Shown piece after piece: positions 1 to 8,784 of a DNA stretch of 64,000 nt. The position numbers were made by a program, and so were the translations under genes. The notes under the pieces are model-generated. The model was not told the origin of the DNA, ran no database searches, and saw nothing but the letters and a program-made list of their open reading frames with translations. Origin of the DNA: Pseudobdellovibrionaceae bacterium (GTDB lineage Bacteria; Bdellovibrionota; Bdellovibrionia; Bdellovibrionales; JAGQZY01); assembly GCA_020635085.1 (NCBI GenBank), contig JACKAL010000001.1:221318-285317 (forward strand). Reading direction: 5' to 3'. Position 1 is the first letter of the stretch. Each line of letters begins with the position of its first letter.

Positions 1-1
1 A

Positions 2-889
2 GAGGAAAGAACTGTGGCCCTCAGATACGTTAAGACGTCCATAAAGTTGATTTTACGCGGACAATCGAGCTATGTATACGCTCGTTTAAGACGAAAAATG
101 AAAGGGTACTTTTCGTCCAGTGACAGAGGTTACCAGGGTTCTATGTTAAGTGTGGTAGAAACCACACAGCGGACCTCTGAACTCCGTAAAAACTTTCAAT
201 CCAAAAACCGTCGAGCGATGGTTCTTCACTTATTCTATCCAGAAATTTTAAGCGAAATTTTGCATCAAGACATATTTATTGGGGAGTCCTTCGATTTTTA
301 TATCACGATTCCTTCGCAAGTTTCTCCACTGTTTTTCGAGCAGTTGAAGCAGCACCAACTAAACGCTTATGTGACCATTGTGGAAAACAAGGGGCGCGAT
401 GTTTTACCGTTTTTACAAATATTGCCATTACTCATGGGTAAGTATGAATGGGTTTGTAAGCTCCATTCAAAAAAATCCCTCCACTCTGTCGAGGGCAAAA
501 TATGGCGGCAGGAAGTTTTTGCGGCTCTTCTCAGATCTCGTGTTTTAGATATTTTGGATAAGGCTTCTCAGGACGTTGGTATTTTTGCCCCACCGGATAG
601 TTTGCTCCCACTTGATTTATTTTTAGGATCTAACGAAGGCAATATGAAAATAATATTACAGCGTTTAAGGTACTCTGATTTGAAGGTAACAGATTATCAG
701 TTTGTTGCAGGTACTATGTTTTGGTTTCGCCCGCAGGCATTGATTTTTTTAAGTAATCGTATCAGTGAGCTGATACCACTATTTACTGAGGAACAATCAG
801 CTATAGATGGTCTTATGCCCCATGCTTTTGAGCGCATATTTTCTTTAGTAGCAGAACAAAATAACTTTCAGTCCCGAGAGCTTAAGTAG
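2..889 (+). CDS. RgpF (rhamnan synthesis F)-family glycosyltransferase, C-terminal-half region; probably 5'-truncated by the window edge
   Basis: The frame is open from nt 2; the GTG at 14 is only the first in-window start. VLHLFYPEIL, ENKGRDVLPF, KLHSKKS, GTMFWFRPQAL and HAFERI match my recollection of the C-terminal half of RgpF-type rhamnosyltransferases. It lies next to rfbBC. Confidence 0.6.
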   Translation, partial: EERTVALRYVKTSIKLILRGQSSYVYARLRRKMKGYFSSSDRGYQGSMLSVVETTQRTSELRKNFQSKNRRAMVLHLFYPEILSEILHQDIFIGESFDFYITIPSQVSPLFFEQLKQHQLNAYVTIVENKGRDVLPFLQILPLLMGKYEWVCKLHSKKSLHSVEGKIWRQEVFAALLRSRVLDILDKASQDVGIFAPPDSLLPLDLFLGSNEGNMKIILQRLRYSDLKVTDYQFVAGTMFWFRPQALIFLSNRISELIPLFTEEQSAIDGLMPHAFERIFSLVAEQNNFQSRELK

Positions 890-1704
890 TTACGAATCAA
901 ATCTACATTTAAAGTAGTCTCGTGTTCGATGTATTTCACAATTGCGGCATTCATCTTTTGTTTTTCAAACAGAGATTTCTTTATAAAGGGAAAACCTGCG
1001 CTCAGAAGTTTCTTCCATTTTTTGAGGGAGGGGTTTGGAGAGAGTCCTTCACGCAACCGAGTGTAAAGAACCGAGTGTTGTGTGGGAGGAGTATTTATGG
1101 GTACATTTTCGGGAGAGGCTTTCCTATTAAAAAGTAAACGACTCAAATAAAATTTTTCAGTGTAAAGAACCCCCACGGAGAACCCCGCAGAGAGAAGGAT
1201 CTGGGTGAGTGAAGTTTCGTAATGAAGGATATAACTTTTTTTGCTTTGCTGCGGCTTTATCGAGCTGAGCCAGTTTTGAAACGCCGTTGAACGAAAGACA
1301 TGTTTTTTAAATGCAAGAAAATAGCTTTGCAGATGGTAGCCGCCCTCAATGTTGTCGGAGATTCCCCAAAAGTCTTTTTGTGAGTAGATGGGGCTAAAAA
1401 GATTTTTAATGGGTCCAAGAGGTCCTATAATAGAATCATTGGTAAAAATAATTTCGTCGTAATCTTGCTGATCGGGTAAGATGTCTAATCCCATTTTCCA
1501 GCTCAGAAAATCGTAGCCGGTGTTCTCTCGAGAAATGGTATGATCAACGATGTTTTGAATTTTATGTATTTCTTGAGGTGCGACGTTAGTTGATACGAAC
1601 ACAAGAGTTGCACAGTGCTCTCTATAGCTGCGAAGTGATGCGATCACATAGTCATGTAGGAGTCCGTTTGGATCAAAGTGAGCATAAATGAGAGCACGAC
1701 GCAT
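868..1704 (-). CDS. Stand-alone RgpF-family protein matching only the N-terminal half of canonical RgpF
   Basis: ATG 1704 gives MRRALIYAHFDPNG; the ORF-track start 1731 is a TTG overlapping rfbB. RENTGYDF.SW, FTNDSIIGP, DFWG, LQSYFLAFKK and YETSLTQILLSAGF resemble the N-terminal half of RgpF. It starts 7 nt downstream of the rfbB stop. Confidence 0.6.
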   Translation of the reverse strand: MRRALIYAHFDPNGLLHDYVIASLRSYREHCATLVFVSTNVAPQEIHKIQNIVDHTISRENTGYDFLSWKMGLDILPDQQDYDEIIFTNDSIIGPLGPIKNLFSPIYSQKDFWGISDNIEGGYHLQSYFLAFKKHVFRSTAFQNWLSSIKPQQSKKSYILHYETSLTQILLSAGFSVGVLYTEKFYLSRLLFNRKASPENVPINTPPTQHSVLYTRLREGLSPNPSLKKWKKLLSAGFPFIKKSLFEKQKMNAAIVKYIEHETTLNVDLIRNYLSSRD

Positions 1705-1711
1705 GAGTGAT

Positions 1712-2722
1712 TTAGGTGCGAGTGGATTCAATCATTTGAATCCAGGCATTGTTTTTGAGATACCACTCGATTGTTTTTTCTAGACCTGTTTCAAAAGAAA
1801 CCGTTGGGTTCCAGTTTAAGTCTTTTTGTGCTTTAGAATAGTCAATGGCATAACGCCAGTCATGGCCTTTACGGTCCTCGACAAATTGAATAAGAGATTC
1901 TGGTTTGTTGAGAGTTTTTAAAATATGTCGGACAACATCAATGTTGCGTTTCTCCGAATTGCCACCGAAATTATAGACTTCTCCGGCTTTACCCTTTAAG
2001 AAGGATTGCCAAATGCCACGATTGTGATCATCGACAAAAATCCAATCGCGAATGTTGCGACCATCTCCATAAACAGGCAGTTTCTTATTGTTCAGAGCAT
2101 TTTGAATCATTAATGGAATCAGTTTTTCTGGAAATTGGTAGGGCCCATAATTGTTAGAGCAGCGCGTGGTGATGGCATTCAATTTGTAGGTTTCAAAGTA
2201 AGAGCGTACTAAGAGGTCTGAACCTGCTTTACTTGCGCTATAGGGACTATTGGGCGCCAGGGGTGTTTCTTCAGTAAAGGCCGGGTCAGATTCTGACAAC
2301 GTACCATAGACCTCATCAGTACTCACATGAACAAAACGGAATTCTGGGTTTCGGTTAAATAAAGGCAAAGAAGCATTGAGTAAGTTAAGTGTGCCGAGTA
2401 CATTTGTTTCGACAAAGATATTAGGATTTGTGATTGAGCGGTCTACATGGGACTCAGCTGCAAAATGAATGACTCCGTCAAAAGGAAGCTCATTAAAAAG
2501 ATTTTGTACGCGATTGTTGTCACGAATATCTATTTGCACGAAGCGAAGATTCTTGTTTTGCTCTAATTCTGGCTCTAGAGTTTGTTTACGTCCCGCATAA
2601 GTTAGAGCATCCAGAATCGTAAAATTAAATGTCTCTTTAATCTGATGATCGCAGGCAATTTTTTTTACAAAGTTACTACCAATAAATCCGGCACAGCCAG
2701 TAAGAAGAATATTTTTTTTCAT
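1712..2722 (-). CDS. rfbB: dTDP-glucose 4,6-dehydratase
   Basis: 336 aa from ATG 2722, with AAGG about 8 nt upstream. ORF-track start 2752 would overlap rfbC. Motifs: LLTGCAGFIGSNF Rossmann motif and YSASKAGSD (YxxxK), with extended-SDR length. Confidence 0.93.
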   Translation of the reverse strand: MKKNILLTGCAGFIGSNFVKKIACDHQIKETFNFTILDALTYAGRKQTLEPELEQNKNLRFVQIDIRDNNRVQNLFNELPFDGVIHFAAESHVDRSITNPNIFVETNVLGTLNLLNASLPLFNRNPEFRFVHVSTDEVYGTLSESDPAFTEETPLAPNSPYSASKAGSDLLVRSYFETYKLNAITTRCSNNYGPYQFPEKLIPLMIQNALNNKKLPVYGDGRNIRDWIFVDDHNRGIWQSFLKGKAGEVYNFGGNSEKRNIDVVRHILKTLNKPESLIQFVEDRKGHDWRYAIDYSKAQKDLNWNPTVSFETGLEKTIEWYLKNNAWIQMIESTRT

Positions 2723-2723
2723 T

Positions 2724-3272
2724 TTAAGCCTTATGTTTTCTAAACTGTTCAAGGGTGGGTAGAATCATGTCCTTTTCTGAAAGAGTCAGTTCTTGTGTCG
2801 GTAGGAGCCAATCAATATTGATATCTCTATCGTTGAAGATGATGCCCGCCTCGGCACTTTTGTCGTAGTAGTTGTCTACTTTGTAAAAAAAATCGGCTGT
2901 TTCACTGAGGACGACAAAGCCATGGGCAAAACCACGGGGTATGAGAAGAGATTGTGGTTTTTCGTCGGTAAGGTGTATACCGAACCATTTGGCAAATGTG
3001 GGGGAGTCTTCTCTTAAATCGACAGCCACATCGTACACATGGCCCTGTAAAACAGACACAAACTTGGTTTGCGCAGATGCTCCAGTTTGGAGATGGAGCC
3101 CACGAAGTGTGCCTTTTTTAGAAGTAGACCGGTTGTCTTGTACAAACTGATATTCTAAACCAGCTTCCAAGAAGTGTTTGTGGTTATAACTTTCAAAAAA
3201 GTGGCCACGGTGGTCCCCAAATACCTTGGGGGTATAGACTAATAAATCCTTGATTGGTGTTGTGGTAAACAT
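2724..3272 (-). CDS. rfbC: dTDP-4-dehydrorhamnose 3,5-epimerase
   Basis: 182-aa cupin with the RmlC motifs DHRGHFFESY, RGLHLQ and PRGFAHGF. Confidence 0.93.
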   Translation of the reverse strand: MFTTTPIKDLLVYTPKVFGDHRGHFFESYNHKHFLEAGLEYQFVQDNRSTSKKGTLRGLHLQTGASAQTKFVSVLQGHVYDVAVDLREDSPTFAKWFGIHLTDEKPQSLLIPRGFAHGFVVLSETADFFYKVDNYYDKSAEAGIIFNDRDINIDWLLPTQELTLSEKDMILPTLEQFRKHKA

Positions 3273-3623
3273 CGTTTCCTCTTTGATGGTTCTTGTTTAT
3301 CGAACATTCGTTCAATTGTAAAAAAGGGGACCGCAATGACGCAAAGCCCTAGGGCTGGAGTAAGGCCCTCTCAGTTTATGGTTCGAGAGGGCAGCAATAG
3401 GAAAGCATTGCGATGTGTAAATAAGGGCACATTTGCGAAGAAAATACGCGCTTTTTGATCTGGTAGGAAGAAGAGTCAATGAGGTTTAATCAAGAAAAAG
3501 AGTTGCACCGAGGACCGGAATCATCGATGAATATCTCAAATTAATTTTTGAGATTTAAAATCGTTTTCTGTTCCTGCCGTAGAGTGCTTGCAGAAAAGCG
3601 GTTTATAAAAAGTGGAGTGTACA

Positions 3624-4502
3624 ATGAAGGGCATTATACTAGCTGGTGGAAGTGGCACGCGTTTGTTTCCAACAACGATGGCAGTGAGCAAACAGTTATT
3701 ACCTGTTTATGATAAACCCACAATTTATTATCCATTATCGACTCTGATGATTTCGGGGATCCGTGATATTATGATTATCAGTACAGAGCGTGATGTGCCC
3801 ATGATTCGCTCGTTATTAAAAGATGGGAGTCATCTGGGCTTAAATATTCAGTACGCGGTTCAAGCTAAGCCCGAGGGTATCGCTCAAGCGTTTATCATTG
3901 CTAAAGATTTTATCGCCAATGACTCCGTATGTTTAATTTTAGGTGATAACATTTTTTATGGTGAAACAATGTCAGCTTTACTTAAGGAAGCGACCGCGCT
4001 TCAGTCGGGGGCCTATGTTTTTGCGTATCAAGTAAATGATCCTGAGCGATATGGGGTTGTCGAGTTTGATACTCACGGAAAGGCCATGAGTATTGAAGAA
4101 AAACCTCAGAAGCCCAGATCTAGTTGGGCCGTAACCGGGTTGTATTTTTATGATAGATCTGTGAGTGAGCGCGTTGCGACACTCAAACCATCTAAGCGAG
4201 GAGAGTTAGAAATTACGGATCTCAATGTACTTTATCTTAATGATAAAAAACTAAATGTGCTCACTTTAGGGCGTGGTGTGGCGTGGTTGGATACGGGAAC
4301 AGATGACTCTCTTTTGGATTCTGCTCAGTTTGTACATACCATCGAAAAACGGCAGGGTTTAAAGGTCGCTTGCCTTGAGGAAATCGCCTTGCAGCAGGGA
4401 TACATCACGCAGGAGATGTTTGTGTCCCTTGCGGAGAACGCTCCTATGAGCGGATACGGTCAGTATCTCAAGAAAATCGCGGTACGATTGACAGAAAGGT
4501 AA
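3624..4502 (+). CDS. rfbA: glucose-1-phosphate thymidylyltransferase
   Basis: ATG 3624 gives [30 protein letters not shown] and VAWLDTGT are typical of RmlA. The GTG at 3612 in the ORF track adds only 4 aa. Confidence 0.95.
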   Translation: MKGIILAGGSGTRLFPTTMAVSKQLLPVYDKPTIYYPLSTLMISGIRDIMIISTERDVPMIRSLLKDGSHLGLNIQYAVQAKPEGIAQAFIIAKDFIANDSVCLILGDNIFYGETMSALLKEATALQSGAYVFAYQVNDPERYGVVEFDTHGKAMSIEEKPQKPRSSWAVTGLYFYDRSVSERVATLKPSKRGELEITDLNVLYLNDKKLNVLTLGRGVAWLDTGTDDSLLDSAQFVHTIEKRQGLKVACLEEIALQQGYITQEMFVSLAENAPMSGYGQYLKKIAVRLTER

Positions 4503-4507
4503 GTACA

Positions 4508-5311
4508 ATGTTTATCCAAACGCTTTTCCAACGGACGCCCTTTACAGGTTGGAATAAGAATCAGCTCTCTATTCCTAAAATCGAAGCGTTAAGTGATGAG
4601 GAACTGCACGAATTAAATGAAATGTTAGACTGGAAGTGTTTTGTTGTGGATTCCAAAGGGCGCCGTTTTGGTAAGCCGGCAACAAAAAGTAAGAGAGCCA
4701 GTCCGCAGGTTATTCCAGATTATCGTTTAGCTATTTTACAACAACGCTTACCATTATCTGACAAACATGTCCTTGAGGTAGGATGCTTTGAAGGGATTCA
4801 TACGATTGGTCTTTGCCAAGTGGCTAAAAAAGTTTCTGCCATTGATTCGAGAATTAGTAATGTGGTGAAGACCGCTGTTCGTTGTCAGTTTTTTTCGGTG
4901 CAGCCTGAGGTGTTTGTCTTTGATTTAGAAAAAATGAATACGCAAAATTTATCAGCCCTTCGCTGCGATGTGCTCCATCACATTGGAGTACTTTATCATC
5001 TTGTAGATCCTGTAGAACAAATTCGTTTATTTGGCGAATATGTTAAAGATGCTGTTTTATTGGATACTCACTATGCAACGGAAGATATGGCAAATGCGAG
5101 TTATGAAACCAAGCTTGGGGTTAAGAAATATTATCGCTACACCGAGGGTGGGTATAAAGATGCTTTTGCTGGTATGCATGGGCATGCCAAGTGGTTGCAG
5201 CTTGATGATTTGGTAGACATCTTAAAGCAAACAGGTTTTTCACAAGTGGAAGTTATAGAAAAGCGCCAAGAGCGCAATGGCCCACGGGTTCTTATTTTTG
5301 CTCATCGCTAA
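4508..5311 (+). CDS. class I SAM-dependent methyltransferase
   Basis: LEVGCFEGIHT (motif I-like) and DVLHHIGVLYHL. It starts 5 nt after the rfbA stop. Confidence 0.75.
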   Translation: MFIQTLFQRTPFTGWNKNQLSIPKIEALSDEELHELNEMLDWKCFVVDSKGRRFGKPATKSKRASPQVIPDYRLAILQQRLPLSDKHVLEVGCFEGIHTIGLCQVAKKVSAIDSRISNVVKTAVRCQFFSVQPEVFVFDLEKMNTQNLSALRCDVLHHIGVLYHLVDPVEQIRLFGEYVKDAVLLDTHYATEDMANASYETKLGVKKYYRYTEGGYKDAFAGMHGHAKWLQLDDLVDILKQTGFSQVEVIEKRQERNGPRVLIFAHR

Positions 5312-5343
5312 TCTATTTCGATAAGTGCAGTTACATTGGAAGA

Positions 5344-6462
5344 TTATGGAATTTGCAGGACGACCTCTAACTGCTTTTCTAGCTGGGATAGGGCGAAATG
5401 TTTTTGGCAGTAATCGCGGGCCTCGCTATGTTTTGTTTGTAGTTCCTGGTGTTGTTTAAGAATGTCTGTGAGCGATGAAGCGCTCAAAGTATCTAAGTCA
5501 TAGGCGACGTGGTTTTTGATCAAGGGCAAGTAAGGTCCGTAAGGTGTTGCAAAGGTCACAGACCCCATCGCTGTATACTCTATAAACTTTGTCGGAGCTT
5601 TTACTCCGTTAAAGGTATCTTTCTGCAGAGGGGCGAAGGCCACAGCCCATCTTCTTTCATTTAAGGACTGGCGGAAATTTTCGTACCCGCGAACAGGTGG
5701 AACATACAGTATTTGATTTTTTATAGACGCTGGAAAGGTAACATCTTGTAAATCCCCAAATAACTCAAATTGCCAGTTACTGTTATGGGTTAAAAAATCA
5801 ATGATGAGGGGAAGGAGAGGAGACAGATCTCGCATATGGCTTTTTGTTCCCATATAGCCCAACGTCTTTGTAGGATTCCATTCTAGTGCATGTCCCACCC
5901 CCGGAAAGGGGCAATAAATTCCTGAAAATGTTCTTTGTAATTGAAAACGCTTTTTAAGAACGTCTTCCAAAATAGGGGTAGACGCATAAACCATATCACA
6001 ATTTTTAATCAAAAATTCACGGGCAGAAAGAACATCGGTATTCATATGACGTTTTTTATAGACATCGAGCATGTCTTCTGGAAATGAAAAAAGGTCGTCA
6101 TCAATGTGGTAAATGGTATAGGCATTGAGTTTTCGCGCAAGGTGAAAGAGTTCTTTGGCAAAGCCTCCGCCGAAACGGGAGAAGATCACATGAGTTGGCT
6201 TATATGTTTCGATATAATGACTTATGTGCGCAAAGGAGGCAGAGGAATGACTCTGTAGATCCTGCTGTGTCAAAACTATGTAGGAGGTATTTTTGTTAAT
6301 TAGTGCTTTTTTAAGAGGCAACTCAAAGGAAATAGAGAAGGTGGGGGCCACACCATCGAGGATAAATAAAATTCTTTGCCGAGCATTCAAGGAGCCAGTA
6401 ATAGGGGGCTGTGGTGGCTGCGCCGTAGATTTTAATAGACTTTTAAATCTGCTGAGAAACAT
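5344..6462 (-). CDS. hypothetical protein, possible GT-B-fold glycosyltransferase
   Basis: 372-aa ORF with coding-like composition. The C-terminal KFIEYTAMGSVTFATP resembles the GT1/GT4 nucleotide-sugar half. It lies inside the polysaccharide locus. The functional call is weak. Confidence 0.45.
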   Translation of the reverse strand: MFLSRFKSLLKSTAQPPQPPITGSLNARQRILFILDGVAPTFSISFELPLKKALINKNTSYIVLTQQDLQSHSSASFAHISHYIETYKPTHVIFSRFGGGFAKELFHLARKLNAYTIYHIDDDLFSFPEDMLDVYKKRHMNTDVLSAREFLIKNCDMVYASTPILEDVLKKRFQLQRTFSGIYCPFPGVGHALEWNPTKTLGYMGTKSHMRDLSPLLPLIIDFLTHNSNWQFELFGDLQDVTFPASIKNQILYVPPVRGYENFRQSLNERRWAVAFAPLQKDTFNGVKAPTKFIEYTAMGSVTFATPYGPYLPLIKNHVAYDLDTLSASSLTDILKQHQELQTKHSEARDYCQKHFALSQLEKQLEVVLQIP

Positions 6463-6529
6463 GGTAGAGGTTTAGCACGCTTCTTTAGAATTAGGTAGCT
6501 AGGACGTATGCTAATTCTTTAATAGACTT

Positions 6530-7663
6530 ATGAAAGGCAACAGGATGAATTTGTGTGATTTAATTCGCCGAAAAGATAGCAACTTGGAGTTACCCAATAA
6601 GCATAGCATAGCTCGTTTGGGGGTAAATGGTATCAAATTGACGGGTTTTTGGGTAGATACGTGGAAGGGGCGAAACAACCCCTTGGTGATTTTTAAATTG
6701 AAGAAACCGTTTCAATGGTATCCTTTTCGCGAACTTCATTCTTATTCTGAGTGGGGAGTGCAGTGGGATTTTTCTTCTTCTCGCGAGGCAGAATTACAAG
6801 TTCTCCTGACAACAAAAGGTCACCAGCGTGTGGTAAAAACCATTCCTATAAAACCAAAAACATTCATTAAACCTTTTCAGCAAATACCGCAGGATTTAGA
6901 TGCCGAAGAGATGACAGTTACGTTTCGAAGCCAACGTACCTCATTGCCATCCCGTATTTTACAGTTTGTAGGGCTACAAAAATCACGTCTTTTTATTACT
7001 AATCATGAGGTGATGGATCGTAAGGTTTTACTCAAGTATTGTGTGGGTAAAGGTATAGAGTTGGGGCCAGGGCACAATCCATTTTTAAAGCCAGAAGATG
7101 GTTTTGATGTGAGTTATTTAGAGCAACATCATCCTGAAAAGTGGGCTGATCTTTATGGTTCTGCAAAATTTGTTGTGGATCCTAAAAAATGGAGTCGCTA
7201 TATTATCGGCGAAGCTCATCAATTACCTGTTGAAGATGGATCATTAGATTATATTTTCTCGAGTCACGTTTTTGAGCACTTATATAATCCATTGGGGCAT
7301 ATTGAGCATTGGCTTCATAAATTAAAAAGCGGTGGTCATGTTGTGGCGGTCATTCCTGCCATTGAGGGATGCAAGGATTACATGGCTCAAGCCACTGGTT
7401 TAGATGAGCTTATTAAAGAGTATAAAGAGGGAGGCTTCGCTCCCCGTCTAGAGCAATATGAGTACTATGCTCATCTTCGCTCCATGAACCAAACAGGAGA
7501 ACAGCTTATGGAAAAGAAGCGCTCCATTCATGTCCACTTTTATACGGGTGAAAATATGAAGATTTTCTTAAATTGGATCAGTGCTAATTTACCGATTGCA
7601 AGTTGTGATCTGATTTACAAAATGAACAATAAGGATTTTTATTTGGTTATTCGCAAAAAATAG
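6530..7663 (+). CDS. two-domain protein: unassigned N-terminal domain plus C-terminal SAM methyltransferase
   Basis: The C-terminal half has GIELGPGHNPF, LDYIFSSHVFEHL and LKSGGHVVAVIP (type-11 methyltransferase-like). I recognise no motif in the first ~190 aa. Confidence 0.7.
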   Translation: MKGNRMNLCDLIRRKDSNLELPNKHSIARLGVNGIKLTGFWVDTWKGRNNPLVIFKLKKPFQWYPFRELHSYSEWGVQWDFSSSREAELQVLLTTKGHQRVVKTIPIKPKTFIKPFQQIPQDLDAEEMTVTFRSQRTSLPSRILQFVGLQKSRLFITNHEVMDRKVLLKYCVGKGIELGPGHNPFLKPEDGFDVSYLEQHHPEKWADLYGSAKFVVDPKKWSRYIIGEAHQLPVEDGSLDYIFSSHVFEHLYNPLGHIEHWLHKLKSGGHVVAVIPAIEGCKDYMAQATGLDELIKEYKEGGFAPRLEQYEYYAHLRSMNQTGEQLMEKKRSIHVHFYTGENMKIFLNWISANLPIASCDLIYKMNNKDFYLVIRKK

Positions 7664-7718
7664 CTCGCAGTTATTCTTTTGATCTGGGAGTCTATTGACG
7701 TCAGTATGGAGATAAAAT

Positions 7719-8783
7719 TTATTTTAAGTCTTCTTTTAAAAATAGGGCTAGTTCTTTAGAGAATTTTTCTGCACCAAAATGACTCAGGTGCCTTCTGTCG
7801 GCAAAGTCTTTGACCGGGTCGTAATCTGTTTTAAGACCTAAATCAATATAGATAACATTATTTTTGAGGGCCCATTTTTTTAATTGAGCACTTCGCTCTT
7901 GATAAATGTTTGTACGTTCTAAAAGGGTTAACATACGTGGATTTGTTGGCAGTGAAACAAAAATAGGTATGATTTTATGCTCGCGAAAAAAGCGAACATA
8001 CCACATGTATAACCCACCATCCGCTAAAGACTCAGAAAATAAATTAGAGTCAAGTGAGGTTGAAGACGCACCCTCATTTTTCCACCAATCAGCAAATTCG
8101 TTATCTAAAGACGCTTGTGACTCTGCTGGTGGTCGTACATGAAACCCCAAGTTGGTTTGATTCAATTGTTCGCGAGTTAATTTTTTATGCCAAGGGTGAA
8201 GGATGAAGGAACGTAAGGTTTTTTTATGCTCGAGAGCGTAGGACGCAGATAAGAGTGCCATCTTCAAGTTCTTTAGAGTAGATTTTGTTGTATGACACAC
8301 ATTTGTAAGTTTGGAGTCGATGGCAAAATCTGAGGTAAAAACACCTTTTTGCAAGCTACCGGCTTCTGTATCACAATCAATTCCACCTTGTTCAGCGGTT
8401 GGGTAGAGTTTTACATCTTCAGCCACGTTCATTCCGATGATAGCGTAACGAATTCCCGGCTGGACAGTTGCTAGTGGTAGATAGGGAAGTAGCAGTCGGT
8501 AGTAGGAGAGATTCATACCATCTATCCCTAAGTTAAACGATTGGATTTTTCCAGTGAATGTCTGGTTGAATGTTTCCGGGTCAAAACCGTAGCGGACTTC
8601 AGAGCTCCCGATAAAAACTGTATTTATGGAGCCTTTCTTAAAGTCTTGCATCTGCCAGTCGATCGCATCGTAATTGTAATAAGACATAAAATGGAAGAGC
8701 CCATGTCGAGAGAAAGCCTCAATCCCTATGATGATCATAATAACGAGAATCAACTGTATGGCGGGAAGTCGGGATTTATTCAT
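7719..8783 (-). CDS. membrane-anchored SGNH/DltD-like partner of the MBOAT acyltransferase
   Basis: ATG 8783 abuts the MBOAT stop at 8785. It has an N-terminal TM (LPAIQLILVIMIIIGI), FIGSSEVRYGFDP (block-I-like) and DRRHLSHFG (block-V-like DxxH). It lies directly downstream of an MBOAT, as DltD/AlgJ/AlgX/PatB-type partners do. Confidence 0.6.
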   Translation of the reverse strand: MNKSRLPAIQLILVIMIIIGIEAFSRHGLFHFMSYYNYDAIDWQMQDFKKGSINTVFIGSSEVRYGFDPETFNQTFTGKIQSFNLGIDGMNLSYYRLLLPYLPLATVQPGIRYAIIGMNVAEDVKLYPTAEQGGIDCDTEAGSLQKGVFTSDFAIDSKLTNVCHTTKSTLKNLKMALLSASYALEHKKTLRSFILHPWHKKLTREQLNQTNLGFHVRPPAESQASLDNEFADWWKNEGASSTSLDSNLFSESLADGGLYMWYVRFFREHKIIPIFVSLPTNPRMLTLLERTNIYQERSAQLKKWALKNNVIYIDLGLKTDYDPVKDFADRRHLSHFGAEKFSKELALFLKEDLK

Positions 8784-8784
8784 A

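Noticed and set aside
3575-3586. ops/JUMPstart-like element TGCCGTAGAGTG upstream of rfbA (consensus GGCGGTAGnnTG)
   Set aside because: There are two mismatches within the 8-nt core, including a G-to-C change inside GGCGGTAG. RfaH/ops is best established in enterobacteria, and no RfaH-like gene is visible here. It could be checked by looking for the same 12-mer upstream of other long envelope operons.
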